A stretch of 64,000 bases of DNA from Gammaproteobacteria bacterium. Its GTDB lineage: Bacteria > Pseudomonadota > Gammaproteobacteria > Eutrophobiales > Eutrophobiaceae. The position numbers and the translations under genes were made by a program. This document shows, one piece after another, positions 53,495-63,689 of this stretch (position 1 is the first letter of the stretch; every line of letters begins with the position of its first letter). The DNA lies in NCBI GenBank assembly GCA_965215365.1, contig CBDCDS010000003.1, positions 928,001-992,000 of the forward strand, written 5' to 3'. Below the pieces are notes generated by a model. That model saw only the letters and a program-made list of their open reading frames with translations. It made no database searches and was not told the DNA's origin.

Positions 53495-54556
53495 ATGTCT
53501 TTGGGACCCATAATGCTGGACCTGCGTGGCGTTGAATTGCAGGCAGATGAACGGGAGCTGCTGTTACACCCGCTGGTCGGCGGAGTGGTCCTGTTTGCGC
53601 GCAACTATCGGGACCCGCAGACATTGTGTGCGCTGACCTCGCAAATTCACGAGTTGCGCAGCCCGATGTTATTGATTGCGGTGGACCATGAGGGCGGTAG
53701 GGTGCAACGTTTTCACCAGGGTTTTACCCGTGTGCCGGCAGCGCGCGGCTTTGGCGACCTCTACGCGCAGGACGCAGGCCGGGCGCTGGCGTTGGTGCAA
53801 GATACCGGTTGGTTGCTGGCCAGCGAGTTGCTGTCCGTGGGCGTCGATATCAGCTTTACCCCCGTGCTGGATCTGGATACCGGTGTCAGTTCGTTCCTGG
53901 GAGATCGTGCCTACCATCGTGCTGCGGAGGTGGTGGCACAGCTGGGGCAACACCTGATGCAGGGCATGCGCAAGGCCGGTATGATGGCGGTGGGCAAACA
54001 TTTCCCGGGGCATGGCGGCGTAACCGCCGACTCCCACCATGAGATACCAATAGATGAACGCAGTTTCGGCACAATTTTAATGGAGGACCTGATCCCGTTC
54101 GAGCGCATGATCAATGCTGGTCTGGCCGCGGTGATGCCAGCGCACGTTATTTATTCTCGAGTGGATGACAAACCGGCTGGTTTTTCCAGTGTATGGTTGC
54201 AGCAGGTTCTGCGTAACCGGCTGAATTTTCAGGGTGTTATCTTCAGTGACGATATCAGCATGGCCGCCGCCGAGGTTGCCGGCAGCTATGTGGAACGGGC
54301 CTATGGCGCGCTGGCTGCCGGTTGTGATATGGTGCTGGTGTGCAATAATCAGACCGCGGCCCGGGCTTTATTGGATGAGTTGGATATCGGCGCCAACCCG
54401 GTCTCCCAGGCGCGGCTGAGACGCATGCATGGCGTCGGCTCGGTGTCATACAATGAATTATGCAACGCTGAGCAACGACTGCGCGTTGCCGCAGATATTT
54501 CCAGTCTGGATGTGGAACCGGAACTCAACCCTGACGATGATGGTATTGCTGCGTAG
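53495..54556 (+). CDS. nagZ: Beta-N-acetylhexosaminidase
   Basis: VDHEGGRVQR, KHFPGHG...DSH. Confidence 0.95.
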   Translation: MSLGPIMLDLRGVELQADERELLLHPLVGGVVLFARNYRDPQTLCALTSQIHELRSPMLLIAVDHEGGRVQRFHQGFTRVPAARGFGDLYAQDAGRALALVQDTGWLLASELLSVGVDISFTPVLDLDTGVSSFLGDRAYHRAAEVVAQLGQHLMQGMRKAGMMAVGKHFPGHGGVTADSHHEIPIDERSFGTILMEDLIPFERMINAGLAAVMPAHVIYSRVDDKPAGFSSVWLQQVLRNRLNFQGVIFSDDISMAAAEVAGSYVERAYGALAAGCDMVLVCNNQTAARALLDELDIGANPVSQARLRRMHGVGSVSYNELCNAEQRLRVAADISSLDVEPELNPDDDGIAA

Positions 54557-55457
54557 TTGTTTTACCCTATGCCTGTTGCTGGTTTGCAGCGGCGCCGCGC
54601 GGTCTGCAGAGCCGGAATGCCGCCCGTTGCAGCTCAGGGAGGTTGCTTATTCGGGCCCGCAGGAGTTTGGTCAGGGGTTGTTGTGGCGCCTAAGCAAATC
54701 AGGCAGCCCACCCAGTCACGTGTTCGGCACCATTCATGTTGCGGAACGCCACGTCAGCGCACAACTGGCTCAGGTCAAGGAGGTGCTGGCCGGCAGTGAG
54801 GTATTGGTCATGGAGGCCGTGTTTGATGCGGACGGTATCGAGCTGCTGCGCAAGATGATGTTATTCGAGGGCGATACACAGCTGGGCGCGGTCATTCCTG
54901 CCGATCTTTACACACGTACTCTCGAGATATTGAACGCGTATCACATCACCGAACAGCAATTATCAAGGATGAAACCTTGGGCTGCCTACCTGACCATGAG
55001 CTATCCGGCAGACCTGGGTATCATCCTCGACCAACGCCTGCTGCAACTTGCCGAGGCCGCAGGAATCGATGCCGAGGGGCTGGAATCATTAGAGGAGCAA
55101 GGCCAACTGTTCAATAATTTTTCACTGGCGGAGCAGGTACGATTGCTCACGGATGCCGTCTGCCACCGCCAGCTGATGGAGAGCGATTTTGCGCAAATGA
55201 TTGCACTTTATACGGCCGGCGATCTGGCGGGGTTGTCTGCTTACGGGCAACGTTATGCGTTTGCTGATAATACCTTGTATGAAACCCTGACAGAGAAGCT
55301 CCTCACCCGGCGCAACCGGCTCATGGTCGAAAGAATGCAAACCGCGCTGGCAACCGGCAACGCCTTTATCGCCGTCGGCGCGCTGCACCTGCCCGGTGCC
55401 GAGGGCGTGCTGGCATTGCTGCAACAACATGGCTTTGTCATAACTCCGGTGTTCTGA
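54537..55457 (+). CDS. TraB/GumN family protein
   Basis: FGTIH, GLES..EQ, RN..M, AVGALHLPG. Confidence 0.88.
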   Translation: MMVLLRSCFTLCLLLVCSGAARSAEPECRPLQLREVAYSGPQEFGQGLLWRLSKSGSPPSHVFGTIHVAERHVSAQLAQVKEVLAGSEVLVMEAVFDADGIELLRKMMLFEGDTQLGAVIPADLYTRTLEILNAYHITEQQLSRMKPWAAYLTMSYPADLGIILDQRLLQLAEAAGIDAEGLESLEEQGQLFNNFSLAEQVRLLTDAVCHRQLMESDFAQMIALYTAGDLAGLSAYGQRYAFADNTLYETLTEKLLTRRNRLMVERMQTALATGNAFIAVGALHLPGAEGVLALLQQHGFVITPVF

Positions 55458-55465
55458 GCGCTGGT

Positions 55466-56575
55466 GTGAGCGTCGATTACCTCATTACAATGTGGCATTA
55501 CCTGCTGCATGAGGCCTGGATATTACAGGTTTTCCTGCTGGTGTTTATGGCTCTGTTGCTGGACTGGTTCCAGAAACGCACCATTGCCAGATTGATGATC
55601 CAGGCTGACAAGACCCGCATAGCCTGGGACAGCGCCTTGCTGGAAGCTGCCGGCAAACCCCTTACCGTGCTCATCTGGCTGCTCGGCATTACCCTGGCGG
55701 CAGACATCGCCAAGGGTGAAACCGGCGCGGTCATCTTCAAGGTGGTTGCACCGGTGCGCGAGGTAGGCGTGATTGCGCTCATCGCTTGGTTTTTGGTCAG
55801 GTTCGTAAAGCGGGCCGAGTTGCATTTTATCAGGTTGCGCCAGGAAGCCGGCGCCCCGGTTGACCGCACCACCGCCGACGCCATTGCCAAACTGATTCGG
55901 ATATCGATCCTGATCACCGCGTTTCTGGTCGGCTTGCAGGCACTGGGCTACAGCATCTCCGGGGTGCTGGCCTTCGGTGGCGTCAGCGGCATCATCGCCG
56001 GTCTGGCCGCCAAGGACTTGCTCGCCAATTTTTTCGGCGGCCTGATGATCTACCTGGACCGACCGTTTGAGGTGGGAGACTGGATCCGCTCCCCGGACAA
56101 GGAGATAGAGGGCACGGTGGAAGAGATCGGCTGGCGCCTGACGCGCATACGCACGTTCGATAAGCGTCCTCTGTATGTTCCCAATTCCGTATTTGCCAGC
56201 ATTGCCGTGGAAAACCCGCAACGCATGAGCAACCGGCGTATCTATGAAACCATAGGCATACGCTATGACGACGCCGGCAGGATGGCGGCTATCACCCGGG
56301 ACGTGAAGCAGATGCTGCGCGAGCACCCGGAGATTGACATAAACCAGACCATGATCGTCAATTTCGTCAAGTTTGCGCCCTCCTCACTGGATTTTTTCAT
56401 CTATACCTTCACCAAAACCACGCAATGGGTCAGGTTTCACGAGATCAAGGAGGACGTGATGCTCAAGGTCATGGCAATTATCGAGCGGCATGGCGCCGAA
56501 TGCGCCTTCCCCACCTCAACTATACACATCACCCCCGAAGCAGATGTCAAACCGGACGCTGAGCAAGGGCCTTGA
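55466..56575 (+). CDS. Small-conductance mechanosensitive channel
   Basis: AKDLLANFFGG, RPFEVGDWI, YVPNS. Confidence 0.93.
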   Translation: MSVDYLITMWHYLLHEAWILQVFLLVFMALLLDWFQKRTIARLMIQADKTRIAWDSALLEAAGKPLTVLIWLLGITLAADIAKGETGAVIFKVVAPVREVGVIALIAWFLVRFVKRAELHFIRLRQEAGAPVDRTTADAIAKLIRISILITAFLVGLQALGYSISGVLAFGGVSGIIAGLAAKDLLANFFGGLMIYLDRPFEVGDWIRSPDKEIEGTVEEIGWRLTRIRTFDKRPLYVPNSVFASIAVENPQRMSNRRIYETIGIRYDDAGRMAAITRDVKQMLREHPEIDINQTMIVNFVKFAPSSLDFFIYTFTKTTQWVRFHEIKEDVMLKVMAIIERHGAECAFPTSTIHITPEADVKPDAEQGP

Positions 56576-56578
56576 GCC

Positions 56579-57412
56579 ATGCTGAAGTTCACCAAAATGC
56601 ACGGGCTGGGCAACGATTTCGTGGTCATCAATGCCCTGGAACAGGCCGTAAACCTGGATGCTGAACAGGTACGCAAGATCGCGCACCGCCGTCTGGGCGT
56701 CGGTTGTGACCAAGTGCTGGTGCTGCGCCCTAGCACCGACGGCGCGGCAGATTTCCTCTACCGCGTTTACAACGCCGACGGCAGCGAGGCCGAACACTGC
56801 GGCAACGGCCTGCGCTGTGTCGCCCTGTACCTGCGCGCCAACGGCCTCATACGCAAGGATGAACTGCTGGCCCAGACCCCGACCGGACTGCTGAAAATCT
56901 ATTTTGAGGGGGACTTGGTCAAGGTGAACATGGGCTGTCCGGACTTTGAGCCGGCGCGCATCCCACTGGCCGTGGCAGAACCACAACAGCTTTACCGCGC
57001 AGAACTGGACGGCGGGCAGGTGGAGTTTGCGGCTTTATCCATGGGCAACCCCCACGCCGTGCTGCGGGTGGATGACGTTGAGCACGCCCCGGTAGCGCGG
57101 GTCGGGGCGCACTTGCAGCGTCATGCCTTGTTTCCCGCCGGCGTCAATGCGGGGTTCATGCAGCTCCTGGACCACTCGCGTATCAGGCTGCGAGTATATG
57201 AACGCGGCGTTGGCGAGACCCTGGCCTGTGGCACCGGCGCTTGCGCCGCCGTGGTCGTGGGGATTGCGGTGTATAATCTTGCCGACAAGGTTCAGGTATT
57301 ATTGCCCGGCGGCAGTTTGACCGTAGCCTGGGCCGGTGCCGGTGAACCGGTGTGGATGACAGGCCCCGGCACAACCGTCTATGAAGGGCGAATTGACATA
57401 GCTAACGAGTGA
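56579..57412 (+). CDS. dapF: Diaminopimelate epimerase
   Basis: KMHGLGNDF, CGNG, MGNPH, ERGVGETLACGTG. Confidence 0.97.
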   Translation: MLKFTKMHGLGNDFVVINALEQAVNLDAEQVRKIAHRRLGVGCDQVLVLRPSTDGAADFLYRVYNADGSEAEHCGNGLRCVALYLRANGLIRKDELLAQTPTGLLKIYFEGDLVKVNMGCPDFEPARIPLAVAEPQQLYRAELDGGQVEFAALSMGNPHAVLRVDDVEHAPVARVGAHLQRHALFPAGVNAGFMQLLDHSRIRLRVYERGVGETLACGTGACAAVVVGIAVYNLADKVQVLLPGGSLTVAWAGAGEPVWMTGPGTTVYEGRIDIANE

Positions 57413-58110
57413 TGACCATGACAGAAGAAACAACGGACAAAGCCGCCATAAGTGCGGACGAAGTGGAGGCTTATTTGAGAAAATATCCTGATTTTTTTCT
57501 CACCCGCCCGCAACTGCTGGCAGAATTAGCCATACCCCACCGCGCCGGCACCGCGGTTTCCCTAGTGGAAAAACAGGTCAAGGTGCTGCGTGAACAGAAT
57601 GAACAGGCGCGCAAGCGCTTGCATGAACTGGTCGAAATTGCCCGAGCAAACGAAGATCTGGCGCACCGGATGCACCACCTGGTGCTGACCCTGATAGATG
57701 CCGCCAATCCTGAAGAGGTATTCAAAACCTTGTATGAAAACCTGAAACGTAATTTCAGGGCCGAGCAAGTGGCGCTAAGACTGTTCGCGCAACCGGTCAA
57801 CAACAGCGCGCCGGCGCCGGTAGAATTTGTCGGGAAGGATGCAGGTGAGGCCAGGTTGTTCGAGGAACTGTTCGACAAGCGCCTGCCGACCGTCGGCGCG
57901 CTGGCCCTGGAGCAGCAGGCGTTTTTATTCGGAGCCGCTGGCGCGGAACTCACATCGGTGGTGCTGGCGCCACTGCACGGCAATGATTGGCGCGGTGTGC
58001 TGGCGATAGGCAGCCGCGACCCGGAGCGTTTTCAAAAAGACATGGGCGTTGAGCTGTTGGCCAACCTGGGTGAGGCGCTTAGCTTCATCCTCAAACCCTG
58101 GATCGCGTGA
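57409..58110 (+). CDS. DUF484 (YigA) family protein
   Basis: YL..PDFF, AVSLVEKQ; between dapF and xerC. Confidence 0.9.
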   Translation: MMTMTEETTDKAAISADEVEAYLRKYPDFFLTRPQLLAELAIPHRAGTAVSLVEKQVKVLREQNEQARKRLHELVEIARANEDLAHRMHHLVLTLIDAANPEEVFKTLYENLKRNFRAEQVALRLFAQPVNNSAPAPVEFVGKDAGEARLFEELFDKRLPTVGALALEQQAFLFGAAGAELTSVVLAPLHGNDWRGVLAIGSRDPERFQKDMGVELLANLGEALSFILKPWIA

Positions 58111-59000
58111 AACCAGCCGAAATCGCCAGGATAGACGGGTTTTTAGAAACCCTGCAACATCTTTCACCGCATACGCGCAAGGCTTACGCCAGCGATCTCG
58201 CCTTCTTTCTGGAGTACTGCAAACAACTCAAAATTAGCGCTTGGCGGGACTTGGACGGTCGCTCGGTACGCGGTTACATTGCCCAAAGACACCGGCAGGG
58301 AACGGGTGGCAGGAGCCTGCGACGTAATCTGTCCTCCATCAGGGCGTTCTACCGCTACCTGTTGGACCAGGGGGAAGTGACACAGAACCCGGCGGAGGGG
58401 ATCGTCACTCCGAAGGCTGAAAAACGCCTGCCCAGGACCCTGGATGTGGACCAGACTGCCCGGCTGGTGGAGATCAAGGATAACCGGACACTTGCGTTGC
58501 GTGATAAAGCCATTCTGGAACTGATGTATTCCTCAGGGCTGCGTCTGGCGGAGTGTGTGAGCCTGGACCAGCATAGTGTGGAGCTCGGCGACGCACTGGT
58601 AACGGTAACGGGCAAGGGCAACAAGACGCGCCGGGTGCCGGTGGGGAAATATGCGCTGGATGCGGTCCGCGTCTGGTTGCGAGTGCGCCCGCAACTGGCA
58701 GACCTAGGGGAGACTGCCTTGTTCGTCAGCGCCCGCGGCAAACGCCTTGGCGCCCGCTCCATCCAGCAACGCCTGCGTCAATGGGCGCAGAAACAGGGCA
58801 TGGACATCCATGTACACCCACACATGCTGCGCCACTCCTTTGCCACCCACCTGCTGGAATCCAGCGGCGACCTCAGGGCCGTGCAAGAACTGCTGGGGCA
58901 TGCCGACATCAGCACCACGCAAATCTACACCAGCCTGGATTTCCAGCACCTGGCCAAAGTCTATGACCAGACCCACCCCCGGGCCAGAAAAAAGAACTGA
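58107..59000 (+). CDS. xerC: Tyrosine recombinase XerC
   Basis: HPHMLRHSFATH, LLGHADISTTQIYT; synteny. Confidence 0.96.
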   Translation: MKPAEIARIDGFLETLQHLSPHTRKAYASDLAFFLEYCKQLKISAWRDLDGRSVRGYIAQRHRQGTGGRSLRRNLSSIRAFYRYLLDQGEVTQNPAEGIVTPKAEKRLPRTLDVDQTARLVEIKDNRTLALRDKAILELMYSSGLRLAECVSLDQHSVELGDALVTVTGKGNKTRRVPVGKYALDAVRVWLRVRPQLADLGETALFVSARGKRLGARSIQQRLRQWAQKQGMDIHVHPHMLRHSFATHLLESSGDLRAVQELLGHADISTTQIYTSLDFQHLAKVYDQTHPRARKKN

Positions 59001-59013
59001 TGGGGGGGATATT

Positions 59014-59487
59014 TCAGCGTTGCTTCAACAGCCGCTCCTTCTGCTTCTGCCAGTCCCGATCCCGTTCCGTGCGGCGTTTGTCGTGCAGTTTTTTCCCTTT
59101 GGCAACGCCGATAGCGAGCTTGGCGCGGCCGTTTTTCCAGTACATGGACAGCGGCGCCACGGTATAACCCTGGCGTTCCACCGCGCCGGTCAGCCGGTTT
59201 ATCTCGGTGCGGTGCAGCAGTAGTTTGCGGGTGCGCTGCGGGTCGGGTTTGACGTGCGTCGAGGCGGTCGGCAGCGGCGTGATCAAGGCGCCGAACAGGA
59301 AGGCCTCGCGGTCTTTCAGCAGCACGTAACCGTCACTGAGTTGTACTTTCCCGGCGCGCAGGCTCTTGACCTCCCATCCCTCCAGCGCCAGGCCGGCCTC
59401 GAACCGGTCCTCTATGTGGTACTCAAAGCGCGCCTTTTTATTCAGGGCGATGGTATGGTCCGGGATCTTGCTCTTTTTTTTGCTCAT
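59014..59487 (-). CDS. smpB: SsrA-binding protein
   Basis: [24 protein letters not shown]. Confidence 0.97.
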   Translation of the reverse strand: MSKKKSKIPDHTIALNKKARFEYHIEDRFEAGLALEGWEVKSLRAGKVQLSDGYVLLKDREAFLFGALITPLPTASTHVKPDPQRTRKLLLHRTEINRLTGAVERQGYTVAPLSMYWKNGRAKLAIGVAKGKKLHDKRRTERDRDWQKQKERLLKQR

Positions 59488-59584
59488 TGGCTACCGCCTG
59501 TCAGCTGTCAATGCCAAGTATATCATCCGCAATCCCCCTTCCGTGTTAAAGTAACCCCTTACCTTTTCAACTGAGATAAAACAA

Positions 59585-60952
59585 GTGTCTGCCAATCGCA
59601 CCTCGGTTCATGGGCAATGGTCGTCCAGATGGATATTTATCCTGGCGGCGACCGGTTCCGCCGTTGGACTGGGCAATATCTGGCGCTTTCCGTACATCAC
59701 CGCAGAGCATGGCGGCGGCGCGTTTGTGCTGGTTTATCTGGCTTGCATCGTGCTGGTCGGACTGCCTATTATGATGTCCGAAATCCTGCTGGGGCGGCGC
59801 GGCCGCCGCAGTCCAATTTATACCATGGCCGCGCTGGCTGAGGAAGAAGGGCACAGTAAACACTGGCGCCTAGTGGGAGTCATGGGTGTATTTGCCGGCT
59901 TTTTCATCCTGACCTTCTATAGCATTGTGGCCGGCTGGACGCTGGCCTACATGACGCGCGCCGTGTCCGGCGTATTTGCCGGGGCCAGCGCACAACAGAC
60001 CGGGGAGCTCTTCAATGCCCTAGTATCAGACCCGGAACGCCTGCTGGCCTGGCATACCATCTTCATGATCATGACCGTGTCTGTGGTGTCCAGGGGCATC
60101 AAACAGGGGCTGGAGCAGGCCGTGCGCTACCTGATGCCGGCGCTGTTGCTGCTGTTGCTGTTGCTGGTCGGGTACTCAATGAGCACCCCGGGTTTTGCCG
60201 AGGCCTGGTCCTACCTGTTCAAGCCGGATTTCAGCCAGCTCGGGGCTTCTACGGTACTGATAGCCCTGGGGCAGGCATTTTTCAGTTTAAGCCTGGGTAT
60301 GGGCGCTATCATGACGTATGGTTCGTACCTGTCCGGGAGCGCCCATATTCCCCGCACCGCCGTCTCCATTGGCATCATGGATACCGCGGTGGCGCTGCTC
60401 GCCGGGTTGGCCATCTTTCCCATCATGTTCAGTGTCGGCTTGCATCCGCATGAAGGCGGCCCCGGGCTGATCTTCAAGATACTCCCCATCGCCTTCGGTC
60501 AGATGGCTTACGGCAACGTCTTGGCCTTCATCTTTTTCACCCTGTTGATGTTTGCCGCCTGGACCTCGTCGTTATCCATCCTAGAACCGGTCACCGCCTG
60601 GCTGGTGGAGCAGACCGGTTATTCCAGGCTGCGCGCCGCCGTCAGTGCCGGCGTGGTCGCCTGGATACTGGGCCTGGGTTCGCTGCTGTCACTGAACCTG
60701 TGGTCCGAAATCACCCTGTTCGGGATGACTTTCTTCGAGTTTATGGAATACCTGTCGGTCAATATTCTGCTGCCGCTAGGGGGTCTGTTGATCGCCGTTT
60801 TTGCCGGCTGGTTGATGTCCCGCTCAGCCACGTTTGCCGAGCTGGGGCTGGGCAATGGGGCCTACCTGGCCTGGCAAGTGGCGACCCGGTTCATCGCGCC
60901 GGCCGGAGTGATTTTGATCCTGTTACAGGAATTGTTCGGCTTTCTCGGGTAA
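59585..60952 (+). CDS. Sodium-dependent transporter (NSS family)
   Basis: GSAVGLGNIWRFPY, QAFFSLSLG. Confidence 0.94.
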   Translation: MSANRTSVHGQWSSRWIFILAATGSAVGLGNIWRFPYITAEHGGGAFVLVYLACIVLVGLPIMMSEILLGRRGRRSPIYTMAALAEEEGHSKHWRLVGVMGVFAGFFILTFYSIVAGWTLAYMTRAVSGVFAGASAQQTGELFNALVSDPERLLAWHTIFMIMTVSVVSRGIKQGLEQAVRYLMPALLLLLLLLVGYSMSTPGFAEAWSYLFKPDFSQLGASTVLIALGQAFFSLSLGMGAIMTYGSYLSGSAHIPRTAVSIGIMDTAVALLAGLAIFPIMFSVGLHPHEGGPGLIFKILPIAFGQMAYGNVLAFIFFTLLMFAAWTSSLSILEPVTAWLVEQTGYSRLRAAVSAGVVAWILGLGSLLSLNLWSEITLFGMTFFEFMEYLSVNILLPLGGLLIAVFAGWLMSRSATFAELGLGNGAYLAWQVATRFIAPAGVILILLQELFGFLG

Positions 60953-60964
60953 CCTGCTAGAGCT

Positions 60965-61258
60965 ATGTCGGGCGGCTCAGAGATTGAAGTTGAGATAGTA
61001 TACGGCAAGGCCGGGTCCGCCCGAGTCATCAGGCAGACCGTCTCGCAACAGGCAACAATCAGGCAAGCCATCGAACAATCAGGCATCCTGGCCCGCCACC
61101 CGGACATCGACCTGGACCGCAACAAGGTGGGGATATTCAGTCGGAAAAAGGAACTGTGCGATCGGGTTCGGGCCGGTGATCGCATAGAGATTTATCAGCC
61201 GTTACAGGTGGACCCCAAAGAGGCGCGCCGCCGCCGCGCAAAAAAAATGGCGGACTGA
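60965..61258 (+). CDS. RnfH/RatB family protein
   Basis: GDRIEIYQPLQVDPKEARRRRA. Confidence 0.92.
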   Translation: MSGGSEIEVEIVYGKAGSARVIRQTVSQQATIRQAIEQSGILARHPDIDLDRNKVGIFSRKKELCDRVRAGDRIEIYQPLQVDPKEARRRRAKKMAD

Positions 61259-62277
61259 TGGCCTTAGTCAACATCAACCTGCACTCGACACCGCGCGGCA
61301 AGATAGCACTGTTGTTTGGCGCACTGACTGCCGCCGCCGTGCTCATCGGGCTGTTGGCGCTGGCAAGCGGGTCGGCGCCGGTACCGTTACGGGAAGTGAT
61401 AGGTATCATGGTCGAGAGGTCGCCGGGGGTCAATGCACAGATCGTGCTTGAGTTGCGTTTACCCAGGGTGATTTCCGGCTTTGCAGTCGGCGGGATGCTG
61501 GCGCTGGCCGGTGTACTGATGCAGATACTGCTGCGCAACCCGTTGGCAGAGCCGTATATTCTGGGTGTGTCCGGCGGCGCGTCGGTGTTTGCGCTGTTGG
61601 CCATCAGCATGGGTCTAGCTGGTATCTGGCTGACCCTGGGCGCCTGCTTGGGCGCGTTATTGACCATGTTCATGGTATTTGTCTGTTCCGGTTCGAGCGC
61701 CGGTTGGAACCCGCTGAGAGTACTCCTGACCGGAGTGGTTATTGCGGCTGGGTGGGGCGCGGTCATCAGCTTGCTGCTGGCGGTGAGCCCGGCAGCCAGA
61801 CTGCATAATATGCTGTTCTGGCTGATGGGTGACCTGAGTTTCAGTCAGTCTGGCAGCTGGTATTACCTGCTACTGCTGCTGGCCCTGCTGCCGGCCATGT
61901 ACTATGCACGGGCGCTGAATGTGCTGGGTGGCGGCGACTTACAGGCCGCGGCGTTGGGTATCTCCGTCAACCGCGTGCGCGTCATCAGCTACTTTCTGGC
62001 CTCGATATTGACGGCAACGGCAGTCATGCAGGCCGGTAGTATCGGGTTTATCGGCCTCATTGTTCCCCATGGCATGAGGTTGCTGATCGGCACCGACAAC
62101 CGCCTGCTTATGCCGGCTTCCGTGCTGGCAGGAGGCATCCTGCTGGTATTCGCCGACATGCTGGCCCGTACACTGCTGGCGCCGCGGCAATTGCCGGTGG
62201 GCGTGCTGACTGCGCTGATAGGCGTGCCGGTGTTCCTGTTGTTGCTGCGCTCTGCCGGCGCCAGACAAAGATCGTGA
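61258..62277 (+). CDS. FecCD/BtuC-type ABC permease
   Basis: RLPR, RNPLAEPYILGVSGGA, IGFIGLIVPH. Confidence 0.93.
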   Translation: MALVNINLHSTPRGKIALLFGALTAAAVLIGLLALASGSAPVPLREVIGIMVERSPGVNAQIVLELRLPRVISGFAVGGMLALAGVLMQILLRNPLAEPYILGVSGGASVFALLAISMGLAGIWLTLGACLGALLTMFMVFVCSGSSAGWNPLRVLLTGVVIAAGWGAVISLLLAVSPAARLHNMLFWLMGDLSFSQSGSWYYLLLLLALLPAMYYARALNVLGGGDLQAAALGISVNRVRVISYFLASILTATAVMQAGSIGFIGLIVPHGMRLLIGTDNRLLMPASVLAGGILLVFADMLARTLLAPRQLPVGVLTALIGVPVFLLLLRSAGARQRS

Positions 62278-62283
62278 GCCGGT

Positions 62284-63045
62284 ATGTTAGTAGTTGAACG
62301 ATTAAGCGTACAGGTGGGCCAGACCCTGGTTTGCCGGGAGCTCGATCTCAACCTCGGCGCCGGTGAGCACTGGGGGATGCTGGGTGGCAACGGGGTAGGA
62401 AAAACCACCCTGTTGCATACGCTGGCTGGTTTGAGGCCGCCGCGCGGCGGCAGGATCATGCTGCATGACAAAGACTTGCGCGACTACCGGCGCCGGCGCC
62501 TGGCGCGCAGGCTCGGCGTTTTGTTTCAGGACAGCCAGGATACCTTTCCGGCTACGGTGATGGAAACCGTATTGACCGGGCGTTTTCCTTACCAATCCTT
62601 GTGGCCGGGAGGGTCGAGCACAGACCTGAATCTGGCAGCTGCTGCGCTGGCGCAACTGAATTTGGCGTCGCTGCGGGAGCGGCAGGTGGACACCTTGTCC
62701 GGCGGTGAACGGCGCCGTCTGGCTATCGCCACGCTGCTCCTGCAGGAGCCCGAGCTATGGCTGCTGGATGAACCCACCAACCATCTCGATTACCACTACC
62801 AGATCCAGGTTTTGGACCTGTTAAGCCAGCGCGTGAGCGACCGCAACGGTTCGCTGTTGATGGTATTGCATGACGTCAACCTGATAAGCCGTTACTGCAC
62901 CCACGCCATACTGATGCCGGGAGAAGGTGAATTACTATGCGGCGAGGTGGCAGCAGTGATGAACCGGAGCAACCTGGAAAACCTCTACCGCCACCCCATC
63001 CGCGTACTATCCGACGGCGGCAGGAACTACTATTTTCCTGCTTGA
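62284..63045 (+). CDS. Iron-chelate/cobalamin ABC ATPase
   Basis: GGNGVGKTT, LSGGE, DEPTNHLD. Confidence 0.92.
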   Translation: MLVVERLSVQVGQTLVCRELDLNLGAGEHWGMLGGNGVGKTTLLHTLAGLRPPRGGRIMLHDKDLRDYRRRRLARRLGVLFQDSQDTFPATVMETVLTGRFPYQSLWPGGSSTDLNLAAAALAQLNLASLRERQVDTLSGGERRRLAIATLLLQEPELWLLDEPTNHLDYHYQIQVLDLLSQRVSDRNGSLLMVLHDVNLISRYCTHAILMPGEGELLCGEVAAVMNRSNLENLYRHPIRVLSDGGRNYYFPA

Positions 63046-63061
63046 TTCAGCTGCGGATGAA

Positions 63062-63613
63062 TCAGAGTCCCTCATCCACCTGGGTATCGGGCTCCGCCGC
63101 GGCTTCCTCATTGAGGGGAGCATCCGGTGTTTCGGCCTGGGGGGCACCCGCAGACGGCAGCTTGTCGATGAGTCTGCCGAAAAACCCGCGTTTTTTGTAT
63201 TGTCTGATGGGCACCTCGACGATTTTTGCAGGTTTTGTGGCCAGTTCATCCGATCTTTCCGGCCCCGGCACTACATCACCGTCGATGTGCGACAGCTTGT
63301 CGTCTTCAAAATGCAGCGTGACATGGCGTTGTTTACGTTGGTGGCCGCCTTTGGAGAAGGTATAGACGTAGTCCCAGCGGTTGGTATGAAACGGGTCCAC
63401 CAGCGGTGGCGTGCCCATGATAAATTGCACCTGGTTTTTATCCATGCCGGGTTTTAGCCGGGCCAGCATATCGCCGTCGATGATGGCGCCTTGCTGGATA
63501 TCGATGCGGTAAACACCAGGCAACTTGAAAGTGCCCTCGGTAGTGCAGGCGGTGAGCAGTATGGCAAGTGGCAGTAACAGGAATTTCATCGGCGCAAAAG
63601 CAAAGTCAGGCAA
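63062..63613 (-). CDS. bamE: Outer-membrane assembly lipoprotein BamE
   Basis: Lipobox LTAC; IQQG, GM...QV..IMGTP, RWDY; divergent from fur. Confidence 0.93.
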   Translation of the reverse strand: MPDFAFAPMKFLLLPLAILLTACTTEGTFKLPGVYRIDIQQGAIIDGDMLARLKPGMDKNQVQFIMGTPPLVDPFHTNRWDYVYTFSKGGHQRKQRHVTLHFEDDKLSHIDGDVVPGPERSDELATKPAKIVEVPIRQYKKRGFFGRLIDKLPSAGAPQAETPDAPLNEEAAAEPDTQVDEGL

Positions 63614-63689
63614 AGCGAATCAAAGTCAAGACATTTCAAGCTCCTTGGAGTATACTTGATTTTCACTCATCACGACGCGGAAATTTCCC

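Noticed and set aside
58107-59000. Tyrosine recombinase as integrase for the accessory regions
   Set aside because: dapF-DUF484-xerC synteny identifies housekeeping XerC.
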